NCBI RefSeq assembly: GCF_001949145.1
Contig: NW_019091357.1
Location: forward strand, 310,001 to 369,519
Origin: Acanthaster planci
Taxonomy: Eukaryota
Length of the DNA: 59,519 nt
Direction: 5' to 3'
The translations under genes and the position numbers were made by a program. Below are positions 58,540 through 59,519 of this stretch, one piece after another (positions within the stretch are counted from its first letter, which is position 1; each line of letters begins with the position of its first letter). Under the pieces are notes generated by a model, which did not search any database, had not been told where the DNA came from, and was given only the letters and a program-made list of their open reading frames with translations.

Positions 58540-59519
58540 ATATGAGCAAAAAATACTTCTTTTATAGTCAAAATTCAAAAGGGTATTTGTTAGCTTTGTA
58601 TTGTTATTAAAATTGGGAAAAAAACAGTTTTGCTGGTAATTCAAAAATTCAAGGGGGAAGCCTTTCATTTTTATTAAAATGGGAAAAAGTATTTTTTTTT
58701 CAAAATTCAAAAGAGTATTTTAAGAGGTAATTCTTGAATTTTATTTAAAATGGGCGAAATGAATTTTTGCTGAAAATTCAAGATTTAAGGGGTTTAGCCT
58801 TGTATTTTTATTAAAATGGCAAAACTGAATATTTTGGTGAAAATGGTCAGTGGTAAGCCTGCTTTTTTGAAAATGGGCAAAATTGAATTTCATCTAAAAA
58901 TTCAAACGGGTAAGGCGTTAGCCTGGTATTTTTATTAAAATGGTAAAAAATGAGTTTTTGCTGAAAATTCAAAATGGTAAGGGGATTGCCTGATATTTTT
59001 TGTAAAAATGAGCCAAAATATATTTTTGCTGAAAATTCAAAATGGCAAGGGGATAGCCTGATATTTTTGATAAAAATTAAAAGAAATGAATTTTTGCTGG
59101 AAATTCAAAAGGGAACGGGTAATCCTTGCATTTTCATTTAAAATGAGCGAAAATGAATTTTTGCTGAATATTAAGGGTCAGGGGTTAGGCTTGAATTTCT
59201 ATAAAAATAGACAAAAATCAATTTTTATTCAAACTTGAAAAGGATAAGGGTTAAGCCTTGCATTTTTACTAGAAATTGACAAAAATGAATTTTGCCACAA
59301 TTCAAAATGGTAAGGGGTTAGCCTTGCTTTTTAATTAAAATGGGAAAAAATATATTCTTGTTGAAAATTAAAAATTGTAATGGTAAGCCTTGTATTTTTA
59401 TTTAAAATGAGCGAAAATGAAATTTTGCTGAAAAATGAAAATGGCAAGGGGTTAGCCTTGTGTTTTAAATAAAATGGACAAAAATGATTTTTTTGCTGAA
59501 AATTGAAAATGATAAGGGG
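58540..59519. repeat. AT-rich satellite/minisatellite, ~67-68-bp unit, ~14 diverged copies, truncated by the window end
   Basis: Approximate consensus GAAAATTCAAAATGGTAAGGGGTTAGCCTTGTATTTTTATTAAAATGGGCAAAAATGAATTTTTGCT; unit starts at e.g. 58963, 59031, 59099, 59166, 59430 and 59498. Confidence 0.92.

Noticed and set aside
58540..59519. Regularly spaced repeats resembling a CRISPR array
   Set aside because: The whole unit is repeated with no unique spacers, there are no cas genes, and the context is eukaryotic.

Overview
Intron-rich animal genomic DNA, AT-rich outside exons. It is most consistent with an invertebrate deuterostome such as an echinoderm; that taxon is an inference, not demonstrated. 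Gene order: the 3' part of PREB/SEC12 (+); a solitary replication-dependent-type histone H1 (+); a secreted two-domain C-type lectin-like gene (+); a PAQR7/8-like membrane progestin receptor with an intronless CDS (+); the 16-exon cytosolic acetyl-CoA synthetase ACSS2 (+); RPA2 (-); ECHDC1 (+); and a ~68-bp satellite running off the window end. ACSS2 intron 5 (8 kb) hosts an intact antisense class A GPCR carrying the aminergic Asp3.32, a decayed paralog of that GPCR, a LINE RT fragment and a Tc1-like MITE. RPA2 is tail-to-tail with ACSS2 and head-to-head with ECHDC1. Several MITEs and hairpins and a tRNA-derived SINE are present. The best leads are the nested GPCR pair, the orphan H1 with dual 3'-end signals, and a strong excess of the palindrome TACATGTA (about 48 by manual count). 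Exon structures were built by hand from GT-AG sites, frame continuity and recalled homologs; no database search was run. Nothing here proves a new biological system.
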